DNA from: a phage
DNA length: 64,000 bases
Assembly: GCA_033648345.1 (NCBI GenBank)
Contig: GCA_033648345.1_4121.1
Reading direction: 5' to 3' (one strand)
The translations under genes and the position numbers were made by a program. Shown in pieces: positions 1-9,096 of this stretch; position 1 is the first letter of the stretch, and each line of letters opens with the position of its first letter. A model generated the notes under the pieces. That model had not been told where the DNA came from and ran no database searches. It saw only the letters and a program-made list of their open reading frames with translations.

Positions 1-405
1 TCCGTCTTTCATTAATATAAATGCTGTATAACCACATAACATTTTTTTAATTTGGGTAACATCTATACCAGTGAAATACACAGCCCAGTCAGTATATCCT
101 TGTTGGAAAGTATTAGAATTCGTGAATGCATATGTTGAACCTGAACCATATATTTTATCACCTTTAATAACAACGGAAAACGATCCTAACCATAAGTCAT
201 CAACTTCAGTTGTGATTTGTTGAACTGCTCCTAACGATACAAACTGTGTACTTAAACCCGCATTATAGTTTGAATCTTCACCGTGTGCATATACAGTGCC
301 ATCTTGCATTAGAAACATTTCAAGAGTGTAACTAACAACACTTTTCTTTATATTATTAACTTCGATTATATTCCCATAATCAAACATTCTAACAAAAGGT
401 AACAT
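1..405 (-). CDS. RCC1-repeat (beta-propeller-like) protein, paralog 1, C-terminus outside window
   Basis: Open frame to window edge; N-terminus MLPFVRMFDYGN shared with the two downstream paralogs; AAGGAGG SD 5 nt upstream. Confidence 0.6.
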   Translation of the reverse strand, partial: MLPFVRMFDYGNIIEVNNIKKSVVSYTLEMFLMQDGTVYAHGEDSNYNAGLSTQFVSLGAVQQITTEVDDLWLGSFSVVIKGDKIYGSGSTYAFTNSNTFQQGYTDWAVYFTGIDVTQIKKMLCGYTAFILMKDG

Positions 406-477
406 AATTCCCTCCTTTATTCATTATACTTTATTTAATACAAATAAGAATTCCTGTATCGAGTACTGGCATTCAAT

Positions 478-1626
478 TTATTGTAAAAAGGACATATCTA
501 CTTCTGTATAACTAAGAATGTTTTGACCAGCAATTCCACCCATTACTACTATTGCATACCCACAATAATATAATTTCCCAGTGTCCGTAAGTATAAGTGA
601 ACCAGAAGGTGTTCTTACCAAATTACACGAACTATTAAAAGAAGTATACGAAGGAGTATAGGAGTACTGATTAATATTATTACCAACACCTAATTGACCA
701 CCCCTATTCGAACCAGATGCATAAAGTACTTCATCTGCTTTGACAATATGTGATGCCATGTTAGCAACACATGCATATACACCATATACCCCTGTACTCA
801 ATAATGTAGGAGTCTTGTATTGAATATCAGTACTAGTAGATGTTCCACCTGTGCCAAATTCATTACCATATTGTGCTCCGTACTGCTTCCCACATGCGTA
901 CAAATTATTATCCGATTTGATAAAAAATGTACTCTGATAACTTACATCAAAATCTATAACATCCGAAGAAATCATCGTTACCCCAGTAATCGAAGTTTGA
1001 TTACCAGTACCCAACTGGTAGTAATAGTTAAAACCACAACCCCATAAAGTATTATCTTCTCGCAAATAAATGTTACCAACAGCCTTTTTAACAGATGTTA
1101 TAGTACTGACCTTCTTGAATGTATTAAATGAATCAATGTTAGTACCATCTCCAAAGGAGGATATGTTCGATGCGTTATTAGCACCACAACAATATAATGT
1201 CCCATCCTTCAGTACTAAATTTACCTTCATATCATTAAAACTGCTCATGTACTCAATATCAGATACACTAATACCACCTGATGTTATCCACGTAGTACAG
1301 TCCGTCCATAACGTCTTCCTATCAGTTACCCCAGTAAATGCCTTCGTGTTACCAGTGATAAACACTTTACCAGTACCCTTTTCTTCATACAATTGACAAT
1401 CACTACTGTTATCTTCCAATAAAACCCTCTGTACATTCTCTGCACAAAGAATAAATTTACTCGATGCTACACCTGTTCCAGTACCCCAATTCGTCGCAGA
1501 AGATGCATACAACTTATGTGTTAGTGTATCATGCAAATACATAGAACCACTAGAATATATTTTAAAACGCCCTTCTTTCTCAGGTATAATATTCCCATAA
1601 TCAAACATTCTAACAAAAGGTAACAT
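478..1626 (-). CDS. RCC1-repeat protein, paralog 2
   Basis: Track ORF 478..1644 trimmed to internal Met (MNKGGN is the SD AAGGAGG); repeated G-x-x-GQLG-x-G motifs typical of RCC1 blades. Confidence 0.65.
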   Translation of the reverse strand: MLPFVRMFDYGNIIPEKEGRFKIYSSGSMYLHDTLTHKLYASSATNWGTGTGVASSKFILCAENVQRVLLEDNSSDCQLYEEKGTGKVFITGNTKAFTGVTDRKTLWTDCTTWITSGGISVSDIEYMSSFNDMKVNLVLKDGTLYCCGANNASNISSFGDGTNIDSFNTFKKVSTITSVKKAVGNIYLREDNTLWGCGFNYYYQLGTGNQTSITGVTMISSDVIDFDVSYQSTFFIKSDNNLYACGKQYGAQYGNEFGTGGTSTSTDIQYKTPTLLSTGVYGVYACVANMASHIVKADEVLYASGSNRGGQLGVGNNINQYSYTPSYTSFNSSCNLVRTPSGSLILTDTGKLYYCGYAIVVMGGIAGQNILSYTEVDMSFLQ

Positions 1627-1654
1627 ATTCCCTCCCTTATTCATTATACTATAT

Positions 1655-1690
1655 TTAATACAAATAAGAAAGCCAGTACAGAGTACTGGC
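1655..1690 (-). terminator. Rho-independent terminator (minus strand)
   Basis: Perfect hairpin GCCAGTAC-nnn-GTACTGGC at 1672-1690 followed on the minus strand by UUUCUUAUUUG, just downstream of the 1698..2864 stop. Confidence 0.5.
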
Positions 1691-1697
1691 CTATCAA

Positions 1698-2864
1698 TTA
1701 CGAAAAACGTGGATCATCAAGAACAAACACTGTACTACTTGGACCACCTTGTGTGGTGACAGCACTAGTACTGTAAAGAAAGTTACCATCCGTCATATAA
1801 GTTCTACGATTCGTACAAATAACTCTTACTTTATTCATATCGATATCAGGATTAGGTAATGGACATGAAGTATACACTGATACATCAGTACTTGTTCCTA
1901 TCCCCAGCGTACCTTCATTTGTGGTTGAACCGCTATTCAACCCACTAGCATATATACCACTGCTTGTAATAACAAAAGTGGCGTAGAATGGAGAACCTTC
2001 ACCTATATTTAATTTAGTTCCAGGTGGTTGTCTTGCCGCAGCAACCGCACCATATGCTTTCCCACCAGATGTGGCAAGATTACCAAGAGCACCATACTGT
2101 TGTTGTCCACCATTATACACTGTGTTAGTGCCATCACTGTTAGTGTGGATACCAATAGAATTATAGTTACTGTTGCTATATACTAACGCGGTATTCGAAG
2201 TAACTGTATTTCGTGTATATACTTTATATTGTTGGGTAAAATTACCACTAGTGGACGTACCCTGTACAGTTCCAGTGTAGTATATATATCCGTCTGTACC
2301 AATGAATGAGTGCATAACACTACCTGCAAAAATTTTTTCGGGAGTAACACCTGACGGTATTGTTGATTGTACAAATCTACCCACTACATTTGTTGTTGTA
2401 TTATTTCCCAATTGACCGGAGTCACCATAACCACTTGACCATATGGTATTGTTCTCAAGAAGAACACTAATTGATAATCTTGATAAAGCTATTTCTTTAA
2501 CATCACTTTCTAATGTATCAAAAAATGAAGTACAATTTGTCCAAGTGTTCACTACGCTAGAACTAACACCAATTTGTTTATTATCACCAGAACTATAATA
2601 ATTCCCATCATATGTTTGTATAAGTATAACAGAACTACCAACCCATACTTTATCAACTGAACCAAACGTTCTTGTCCATGTGGTAACTATATCCCCGCTA
2701 TTATTACCCAATCCAAAGCAACCACTACTATCTACACCTCGTACATATAAATCTCCTGAAGTCATCAGAACTGCACAGAATGATTGTGCACCTTTAACAT
2801 CTTTAATTGGCTCTGGTTCAGGTGCAACATTCCCATAATCAAACATTCTAACAAAAGGTAACAT
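1698..2864 (-). CDS. RCC1-repeat protein, paralog 3
   Basis: Track ORF 1698..2882 trimmed to Met after SD; SGYGDSGQLGNN and GGQQQYGALGN RCC1-like blades. Confidence 0.65.
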   Translation of the reverse strand: MLPFVRMFDYGNVAPEPEPIKDVKGAQSFCAVLMTSGDLYVRGVDSSGCFGLGNNSGDIVTTWTRTFGSVDKVWVGSSVILIQTYDGNYYSSGDNKQIGVSSSVVNTWTNCTSFFDTLESDVKEIALSRLSISVLLENNTIWSSGYGDSGQLGNNTTTNVVGRFVQSTIPSGVTPEKIFAGSVMHSFIGTDGYIYYTGTVQGTSTSGNFTQQYKVYTRNTVTSNTALVYSNSNYNSIGIHTNSDGTNTVYNGGQQQYGALGNLATSGGKAYGAVAAARQPPGTKLNIGEGSPFYATFVITSSGIYASGLNSGSTTNEGTLGIGTSTDVSVYTSCPLPNPDIDMNKVRVICTNRRTYMTDGNFLYSTSAVTTQGGPSSTVFVLDDPRFS

Positions 2865-2912
2865 ATTTCCTCCTTTATTCATTATATCATATTTACCCCA
2901 TAAACAAAACCC

Positions 2913-2941
2913 TTGACAACCTTCCAGTACTGATGTACTAT
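2913..2941 (+). promoter_or_regulatory. sigma70-type promoter driving the FamA array
   Basis: TTGACA-17-TACTAT in the divergent intergenic region. Confidence 0.5.
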
Positions 2942-2966
2942 AGAAGGAATATAAGGAGAACTACAC

Positions 2967-3194
2967 ATGACAAATACTCTTAAGTACTACCTCAATACTC
3001 TAAATGAACTAGAGTACGCGAAGTTTCTCGCGGATAGTTCGTGGCTAATTGAGCTAAAAACACATAACAGTACTGGATGTAACCTTATGCTGAACAATGC
3101 ACTTGATACCCTTGTAGTGAGTATTTTACACAGCACCATCTGCGGGGATAGCAATAAACAATTATCAAAAATCTTAGTACTGGTAGCTCTATGA
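2967..3194 (+). CDS. FamA-like small protein (divergent first member)
   Basis: 75 aa ORF with SD AAGGAG; LKYYLNTL N-terminus. Confidence 0.5.
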   Translation: MTNTLKYYLNTLNELEYAKFLADSSWLIELKTHNSTGCNLMLNNALDTLVVSILHSTICGDSNKQLSKILVLVAL

Positions 3195-3403
3195 ACACTA
3201 TGAACATTGAACAGTACTACATTGATGCACTACCAACAAAAGGTCTACGAGAAAGCCTACTGTATACACAAAATAATTATATAAACCTCAAACATTGTCC
3301 TAAACTCTTGAACTCGTACAGGAATAATAAAATAAGAAATGCTGTACAAGGGGTAGAAAGTATGCAATACTATTACATCCTAACCCTTTTAATCGAGCAC
3401 TAA
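3191..3403 (+). CDS. FamA small paralog
   Basis: ATGA overlap with upstream gene; EQYYID N-term motif. Confidence 0.6.
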   Translation: MNTMNIEQYYIDALPTKGLRESLLYTQNNYINLKHCPKLLNSYRNNKIRNAVQGVESMQYYYILTLLIEH

Positions 3404-3404
3404 T

Positions 3405-3590
3405 ATGTATAAAGAATTCTACTGTAGTAAGCTGCACAAACAATACAGAGATTCATTTCCCAATGAACCTATGGATATGAATAGTCCCTTTTATAAATTT
3501 GACTTCAGACTGGAGACACGTTATGCAATAGAACATCAATTTCCTGAAACTAAGTACTTATCTATCATGAACCTCATCTTTAAGTTCTAA
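3405..3590 (+). CDS. FamA small paralog
   Basis: MYKEFY N-term, LIFKF C-term; TAATATG junction. Confidence 0.6.
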   Translation: MYKEFYCSKLHKQYRDSFPNEPMDMNSPFYKFDFRLETRYAIEHQFPETKYLSIMNLIFKF

Positions 3591-3601
3591 AAGAGTACTA
3601 T

Positions 3602-3814
3602 ATGAAAACTATGAACATACACCAGTACTACTTAGATATTCTCCCTAAAGATGTACAGTTCATCCTTAAACAAGAATACAGTACTTTAAAAAACCTTAAA
3701 AGAACCGCACCGAATGTATTAATCCTGCACCAAGAAAATGTAGTTGATAATATTCTACAAGGTGTACCAGGGACCGAGTACTTTAACATAATAAGGCTAA
3801 TTACATTACCATGA
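3602..3814 (+). CDS. FamA small paralog
   Basis: Near-duplicate architecture of 3191..3403 (MxTMNIxQYY...LQGV). Confidence 0.6.
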   Translation: MKTMNIHQYYLDILPKDVQFILKQEYSTLKNLKRTAPNVLILHQENVVDNILQGVPGTEYFNIIRLITLP

Positions 3815-3996
3815 ATCATATATTATACTATTACCAAAATCTATCCGACAGGGACAAGTACACCCACAACTCCAATGTATGGTACTACAAACGCGGTAGT
3901 ATAAGAGACAAACAACATTACTTCTGTATTGCTATAAAAGAAGCACTAACAACTAAGTACACGTACAGAGCAGTACTGAAACTTATTGATATGTAA
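3811..3996 (+). CDS. FamA small paralog
   Basis: ATGA overlap; C-term VLKLIDM. Confidence 0.55.
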   Translation: MNHILYYYQNLSDRDKYTHNSNVWYYKRGSIRDKQHYFCIAIKEALTTKYTYRAVLKLIDM

Positions 3997-4006
3997 AGAG
4001 AATACT

Positions 4007-4192
4007 ATGAATACATTTGAGTACTATACAAATAAACTATCTATGCCAGAAAGATCTCATCTCTATGTGTGGAGAAATGCGTATAAAAGCGGCAATAAAC
4101 TTATACAAAGAAATTCCCTTACAGTGTGTACAAATTTAATTAAAGCAGAGTACCGCACATATATTGAAGTACTCAAACTGATAGCAATATAA
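4007..4192 (+). CDS. FamA small paralog
   Basis: Start moved to MNTFEYY after upstream stop; C-term VLKLIAI. Confidence 0.55.
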   Translation: MNTFEYYTNKLSMPERSHLYVWRNAYKSGNKLIQRNSLTVCTNLIKAEYRTYIEVLKLIAI

Positions 4193-4200
4193 GGTACTCT

Positions 4201-4380
4201 ATGCAAGAATTCTATATCTATAACCTCCAGCACAAAGATAGATACAACTATAATAAATTCCAAAGGTACTACACAGTCGGAAACAAAAGAGATAAAAAAC
4301 GATACTTTCTATCATGTACAGTAGAAGCACAAAACGAAAAGTACAGGTACAGAGAAGTACTTAAACTAATCTCTATGTAA
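4201..4380 (+). CDS. FamA small paralog (59 aa, absent from ORF track)
   Basis: MQEFYIYNL...VLKLISM by manual translation. Confidence 0.5.
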   Translation: MQEFYIYNLQHKDRYNYNKFQRYYTVGNKRDKKRYFLSCTVEAQNEKYRYREVLKLISM

Positions 4381-4388
4381 GGAATAAT

Positions 4389-4568
4389 ATGCAAGAATAC
4401 TATATAGAACACATAAACATTAAAGACCGTTTCATGTACGACACCTTCGTGAAGTACTACAACCTGGCAACTAACAGTACTAAAAATATTAATCTCAATA
4501 GCTGCATTCATCACGCACTAACAAAAGATAATCCCTTCAGGGAAATCCTCGCACTCGCATCTGTATAA
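4389..4568 (+). CDS. FamA small paralog (59 aa, absent from ORF track)
   Basis: MQEYYIEHI... by manual translation. Confidence 0.5.
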   Translation: MQEYYIEHINIKDRFMYDTFVKYYNLATNSTKNINLNSCIHHALTKDNPFREILALASV

Positions 4569-4578
4569 AGGAAACCAA

Positions 4579-5238
4579 ATGAAACTTAATGCACACAGCA
4601 AACAATACCTTAAGCACTTTAAGTACCTCAACAGTATTCAAGCAGAATCTTTTACACCAGCATATACGTATCACCCAAATGTACTAAAGAAACGAAATAA
4701 AAAGAAAAAATCCAGAAATGTTCTCGTATCTAAGAACCTCAAATCGTACTTGAAGAAAAATAATATAGCTCTTGCTTTTATTAATATCTATCATACTGAT
4801 TTAAAAGTATTGAGTACTAATACCAGCACAAAAGCACTAAAGAATGCATCTATCTATATACACATGGATAATATCCCGTGCACTATAATTCTATCTTTCG
4901 GGAATGTATACTTCTTCGGGAATTGTAATAGCACCCATGATATCAGTACTGCACAATTCCAAATCGGAGATATGTACTGCATGGGTTCAGAAAAAATACA
5001 CGATAACATGCACTTCTTCCAAAAGCAACGTACTAACGAAACTGATACAGTACTGCAATTCCTCAAAGAACTACAAAACAAAGAATTAACACCAGAAGAA
5101 GAATTCATGTACAGTACTGTAATCGATAATCCAGAACTCTATAAAAACGCGTACAAACTAACAAAACATGTACAGGAACTTATCAGTACTGATAAGAAAT
5201 TTCATAACCTCATTACGTATATTACAAACTATGTATAA
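4579..5238 (+). CDS. 219-aa protein with FamC-like motif inside the FamA array
   Basis: Contains LTPEEEFMYSTVID, resembling the FamC EE-x-F-FQ-x-S-T-V motif. Confidence 0.55.
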   Translation: MKLNAHSKQYLKHFKYLNSIQAESFTPAYTYHPNVLKKRNKKKKSRNVLVSKNLKSYLKKNNIALAFINIYHTDLKVLSTNTSTKALKNASIYIHMDNIPCTIILSFGNVYFFGNCNSTHDISTAQFQIGDMYCMGSEKIHDNMHFFQKQRTNETDTVLQFLKELQNKELTPEEEFMYSTVIDNPELYKNAYKLTKHVQELISTDKKFHNLITYITNYV

Positions 5239-5413
5239 AGAATACTACAAAGATAAAATCCCAATGCATCTACAACACCATATACCAAACGTTGCATTGG
5301 GTATCAAAGATCACGCAAAGATAATGTTCCAACAATGTACTAAGTACACGCTCATATACGATGATAATCCATATATGCTGTACTACGTAGTAATGCTAAC
5401 ATTCAGGTACTAA
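5231..5413 (+). CDS. FamA small paralog
   Basis: Start moved to MYKEYY; C-term MLTFRY. Confidence 0.6.
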   Translation: MYKEYYKDKIPMHLQHHIPNVALGIKDHAKIMFQQCTKYTLIYDDNPYMLYYVVMLTFRY

Positions 5414-5415
5414 TA

Positions 5416-5613
5416 ATGAATATAAAAGAATACTACGTAAGTAAACTTGCAATTAATTACCAAATGCTTATTCCCCGCAATCCTGTAGATTTCAAAGATA
5501 AGAGCAAAACAATATACTACCGCCAGCATATAATGCATACAATAGAAGAAGATGATTATGATGATGATATGTATAACCTGTACAAAGTACTAACACTTAT
5601 ATTCAGGTACTAA
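5416..5613 (+). CDS. FamA small paralog
   Basis: MNIKEYY...LTLIFRY. Confidence 0.65.
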   Translation: MNIKEYYVSKLAINYQMLIPRNPVDFKDKSKTIYYRQHIMHTIEEDDYDDDMYNLYKVLTLIFRY

Positions 5614-5614
5614 T

Positions 5615-5800
5615 ATGTATAAAGAATACTACATAGAGAAACTCCCAATGTATCTCCAACACCTTGTACCAACAGAACCATTGGGTATAGAAAAAGACTA
5701 CGAAAAAGACTACTTCGTTAAGTGCACTAAATCCTCAATAGATATTGAGGACTATAATCGAGTACTGTATCACATCCTTTTACTAATATATAAGTACTAA
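5615..5800 (+). CDS. FamA small paralog
   Basis: MYKEYY...LLLIYKY. Confidence 0.65.
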   Translation: MYKEYYIEKLPMYLQHLVPTEPLGIEKDYEKDYFVKCTKSSIDIEDYNRVLYHILLLIYKY

Positions 5801-5801
5801 T

Positions 5802-5990
5802 ATGAATAACCACAAAGAATACTACACACAATTTCTCCCCAGCATTTTTGAACACTACGCCAGATATAAAGTCCCCCTGGATAACGATTTGGCAGTACTG
5901 GGATTCAATAACTGCATAGAACGAAGTATAGAAAATAGTAGTACTTATGACCAATTATATAACATCATACTACTCATATACAGGTACTAA
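5802..5990 (+). CDS. FamA small paralog
   Basis: MNNHKEYY...FNNCIERS...ILLIYRY. Confidence 0.65.
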   Translation: MNNHKEYYTQFLPSIFEHYARYKVPLDNDLAVLGFNNCIERSIENSSTYDQLYNIILLIYRY

Positions 5991-5991
5991 T

Positions 5992-6180
5992 ATGCATAAA
6001 GAATACTACACAAAATATTTCCCAATGTACCTCAGTACTAATCTATTAGATAAACCTCGCGGTATCAATGCTCAAAACGATAAAGTGTACTTTACTATGT
6101 GCACTAAAGCATGTATACTAGATTTTGATAGCTATCATCGAGTACTGTATCATACCCTGTACCTAGCTTTCGTGTACTAA
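5992..6180 (+). CDS. FamA small paralog
   Basis: Start moved to MHKEYY; C-term YLAFVY. Confidence 0.6.
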   Translation: MHKEYYTKYFPMYLSTNLLDKPRGINAQNDKVYFTMCTKACILDFDSYHRVLYHTLYLAFVY

Positions 6181-6190
6181 AGAGGCCAAT

Positions 6191-6397
6191 ATGAACGAAC
6201 AGAAAGAATTCTACACCAAATACCTCAGTGCATCAGAACAAATGTTTCTAAGGAGTGTATCACCTTTACGTTTAGATACACCACACGCCAGAGATTGTTT
6301 TAATAATTGTATACGTATTACTCTAGAAGCTTTAGAAAACAATAACAAAAATATTCAGTACTCAGGCGTAATGGGACTAATATTCTTCTATGAATAA
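6191..6397 (+). CDS. FamA small paralog
   Basis: MNEQKEFY...FNNCIRIT...LIFFYE. Confidence 0.65.
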   Translation: MNEQKEFYTKYLSASEQMFLRSVSPLRLDTPHARDCFNNCIRITLEALENNNKNIQYSGVMGLIFFYE

Positions 6398-6578
6398 CAA
6401 AGAATTCTACATAAACCATCTGGAACTAAACTCCCAAATGCTTATACCACTAAACCCAATAGATATCAAGGATAAGAAAAATACCAAACAATTCCACTAC
6501 CACACACTATGTGCTATCAACCCTGATTATAATACATATAAACTGTACTACATTCTCGCCCTAATATATAGGTACTGA
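6390..6578 (+). CDS. FamA small paralog
   Basis: MNNKEFY...LALIYRY. Confidence 0.65.
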   Translation: MNNKEFYINHLELNSQMLIPLNPIDIKDKKNTKQFHYHTLCAINPDYNTYKLYYILALIYRY

Positions 6579-6579
6579 T

Positions 6580-6765
6580 ATGCATAGAGAATACTATATA
6601 CAATTTGTTAAAGGGAACTACAAACACGCCGTCCCCGTAAACCCCTTAAATTCTAATGACCCAAGTACTATATTCTTGTTCCATGACGCAATACGTACAG
6701 TACTCAATACTAAAGATGAACAGGTGCAGTACGTATTCTTACTATTACTTATATACAGACACTAA
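6580..6765 (+). CDS. FamA small paralog
   Basis: MHREYY...LLLIYRH. Confidence 0.65.
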   Translation: MHREYYIQFVKGNYKHAVPVNPLNSNDPSTIFLFHDAIRTVLNTKDEQVQYVFLLLLIYRH

Positions 6766-6782
6766 AGCACTAAGGTACTAAC

Positions 6783-6986
6783 ATGTATAAAGACTTCTAC
6801 ATAAATCATCTTAGTCCCGCAAAACAATCATTCTATAAAGCAAAACCAATGAAAATGAAATTACAAAATAATTTCACAAAAATATGCTATAATAACTGTA
6901 TACGTAGTACTATACAAGCACTGCAAGAAAATGACAACAATAAACTATACTCCAACATAATGGCACTCCTATATATCTATGAATAA
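6783..6986 (+). CDS. FamA small paralog
   Basis: MYKDFY...YNNCIRST...LLYIYE. Confidence 0.65.
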   Translation: MYKDFYINHLSPAKQSFYKAKPMKMKLQNNFTKICYNNCIRSTIQALQENDNNKLYSNIMALLYIYE

Positions 6987-7188
6987 TGAACATAAAGAAT
7001 TCTACTCCAAACACCTCAGCCCCTCAGAACAAATGTTTCTAAGGACTACAGCACCTTTAAATACTGATACATATTTCGGCAGATTATGCTACAATAATTG
7101 TATTCAAATGACTTTAAACGCAAACGACAATAATAACAGTACTAACATGTACTCAGGCATCATAGGTATACTATTCCTATATGAATAA
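6979..7188 (+). CDS. FamA small paralog
   Basis: MNNEHKEFY...YNNCIQMT...LFLYE. Confidence 0.65.
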   Translation: MNNEHKEFYSKHLSPSEQMFLRTTAPLNTDTYFGRLCYNNCIQMTLNANDNNNSTNMYSGIIGILFLYE

Positions 7189-7369
7189 TTACAAAGACTT
7201 CTATTTGAATACACTACCTACTGTACTTTCTCTAAGTGCTCAATGTAAAATCCCGCTGGATAATCCTTACGCCAGATATAACTATTCCATAACTGTTAAT
7301 CGATGTATAGAGAATCATTGCAGTACTAACCAGTACTATAACATAATCCTACTTATATTCAGGTACTAA
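7181..7369 (+). CDS. FamA small paralog
   Basis: MNNYKDFY...ILLIFRY. Confidence 0.65.
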   Translation: MNNYKDFYLNTLPTVLSLSAQCKIPLDNPYARYNYSITVNRCIENHCSTNQYYNIILLIFRY

Positions 7370-7370
7370 T

Positions 7371-7550
7371 ATGAACGAACACAAAGACTTCTATATAAGA
7401 AAACTAACATTCGTCCCCGTAAAAATATATAAAGAATGCGACCCAAGATTATACCTATGGCACTTCAATGAGTGCATAAAAGATTCTATATACCCTAAGA
7501 ACTATAAAGAACAATTGTGCTCAGTACTAACACTAGTACTATCATATTAA
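7371..7550 (+). CDS. FamA small paralog (59 aa, absent from ORF track)
   Basis: MNEHKDFYIRKL... by manual translation. Confidence 0.5.
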   Translation: MNEHKDFYIRKLTFVPVKIYKECDPRLYLWHFNECIKDSIYPKNYKEQLCSVLTLVLSY

Positions 7551-7563
7551 TAGAGATAATACT

Positions 7564-7755
7564 ATGCATAAAGACTATAAAGAGTACTATATAAGTAAAC
7601 TCAAAGAGAATGAACAAGCATGGGTTAACAATTTAATCCCCCTGGCAATGACTCAATACGAATTTAATATGTGTACAAAGATTGTTTTAACTAGTAATGA
7701 TATCTCTAATACGTACTACTTCCTATTAAGAGTACTATATGGTACTTTGAAATAA
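7564..7755 (+). CDS. FamA small paralog
   Basis: MHKDYKEYYISKL... Confidence 0.6.
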   Translation: MHKDYKEYYISKLKENEQAWVNNLIPLAMTQYEFNMCTKIVLTSNDISNTYYFLLRVLYGTLK

Positions 7756-7766
7756 TAAGGTATACT

Positions 7767-7973
7767 ATGCAGAACATAAAAAACTATAAAGAGTACTATA
7801 TAAGTAAACTACCACCGACTGACCAAGCATGGATTAGATCTATAATAGTACTGGCATTTAATAGATATGCATTTAACAGATGTACCGAGATTGCTATAGA
7901 CCCTTATAATATTAAAGAGAATGTACAGCATAATCAGTACTACTATATGTTAATGCTTATATATAGGAAGTAA
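7767..7973 (+). CDS. FamA small paralog
   Basis: MQNIKNYKEYYISKL...LMLIYRK. Confidence 0.6.
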   Translation: MQNIKNYKEYYISKLPPTDQAWIRSIIVLAFNRYAFNRCTEIAIDPYNIKENVQHNQYYYMLMLIYRK

Positions 7974-8320
7974 TTCAACATATAGACAGGGGAAGCTCCG
8001 CAGGGAAAGCATTGGACAGGCTTTAACATATGTTATATATGTTAAAATTCAGCCTGCTCGACGTCTGAATTGTTAAAATTCAGCCTGGACAAATGCGATC
8101 ACTAGGATTCTCCCCAGGCTAAACCCCGTAATCATATGTAGTCATAAGTAATCATATATAAACATTTATGTAATCATTTATAATCATTGTAGTGATTAGT
8201 ATTGAGTACTAGAGTGTAATAGAGTGTAATAGAGTACAGGAATGTGCACGTTTAATCAAGAACGTAGCAGTACTGCCCCAAAAGTATTCAGTACTGAAGG
8301 TGTCGATATCCCACTAAGTA

Positions 8321-8346
8321 GGCAGAGGAAGTCTGCCGTACTTTTT
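8321..8346 (+). terminator. Terminator-like hairpin
   Basis: GGCAGA-GGAAG-TCTGCC followed by GTACTTTTT. Confidence 0.4.
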
Positions 8347-8681
8347 AGTTTCCAAGCTCCTTTTCCATTTTGCAAATTACATCAAATGTAATCAAAAGTA
8401 ATCACGCAATGATTAGTACTGAATTATTACTTTCACCTTAATTTCAATTACCCCTTTACCCTTCGGGGTAAAATTCCATTACCCCTTGAGGCTCCAGCAA
8501 AAAGTTGGTTAGTACTCCATCCTAAATCTCGATCCTAAAAATTTTGGAGTACCTATGAAATAAAAGTTGGATCTTCGAAAGTTGAAATTTACGTTGGGAC
8601 GTTTGTGATTTGTGGGATATAATGATGTTTGTAGTCGGGTAGTTCTCAAGAATATCAGTACTGAATGGTGAAAGAAAGTTA

Positions 8682-8709
8682 TTGACATTATGATTCAGTA
8701 CTGTATAAT
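8682..8709 (+). promoter_or_regulatory. Orphan sigma70-type promoter in non-coding region
   Basis: TTGACA-16-TATAAT followed by GTTTTACAT; no long ORF downstream. Confidence 0.45.
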
Positions 8710-9096
8710 GTTTTACATAGAGAGATGAGTTGCCGCAAACAATTCATTCACTCTACTTCCTGTCGTGAGACAGTACAGAAAGATAGTTCCTCCTATGGGT
8801 GGTACATCTTTTAGAACCTCTTTTTTCGTAATATGAACAGTACTGATATTAACAGAATGGTGTCAATACTGATTTTAATCTAAAGCATTATGCCACCAGC
8901 TTGTGCTGGTGGATTCCCTCTAACAGTATTCAGTACTACATGATAGTCTTCATCCTCCTAGGGTAACATAGTGAGGGCTATGATGGCAGTACTGAATACT
9001 CCTTTCACAAGATAGATCTATGGTATAGTACTGACGTATTTTGGGCGTAGTTACCCTGGATGGATTTTGGACGTAGATATGTCTAGCCCTCCAGAA

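Noticed and set aside
478-2882. Track ORFs for the RCC1 genes start with MNKGGNM (478..1644, 1698..2882)
   Set aside because: The MNKGGN codons spell the Shine-Dalgarno AAGGAGG; in paralog 1 this stretch is out of frame. The real start is the internal Met (MLPFVRMFDYGN).
8713-8802. 29-aa ORF (MSCRKQFIHSTSCRETVQ...) downstream of the orphan promoter at 8682
   Set aside because: The only purine-rich stretch abuts the ATG with no spacer and there is no family support, so a non-coding transcript is more likely.
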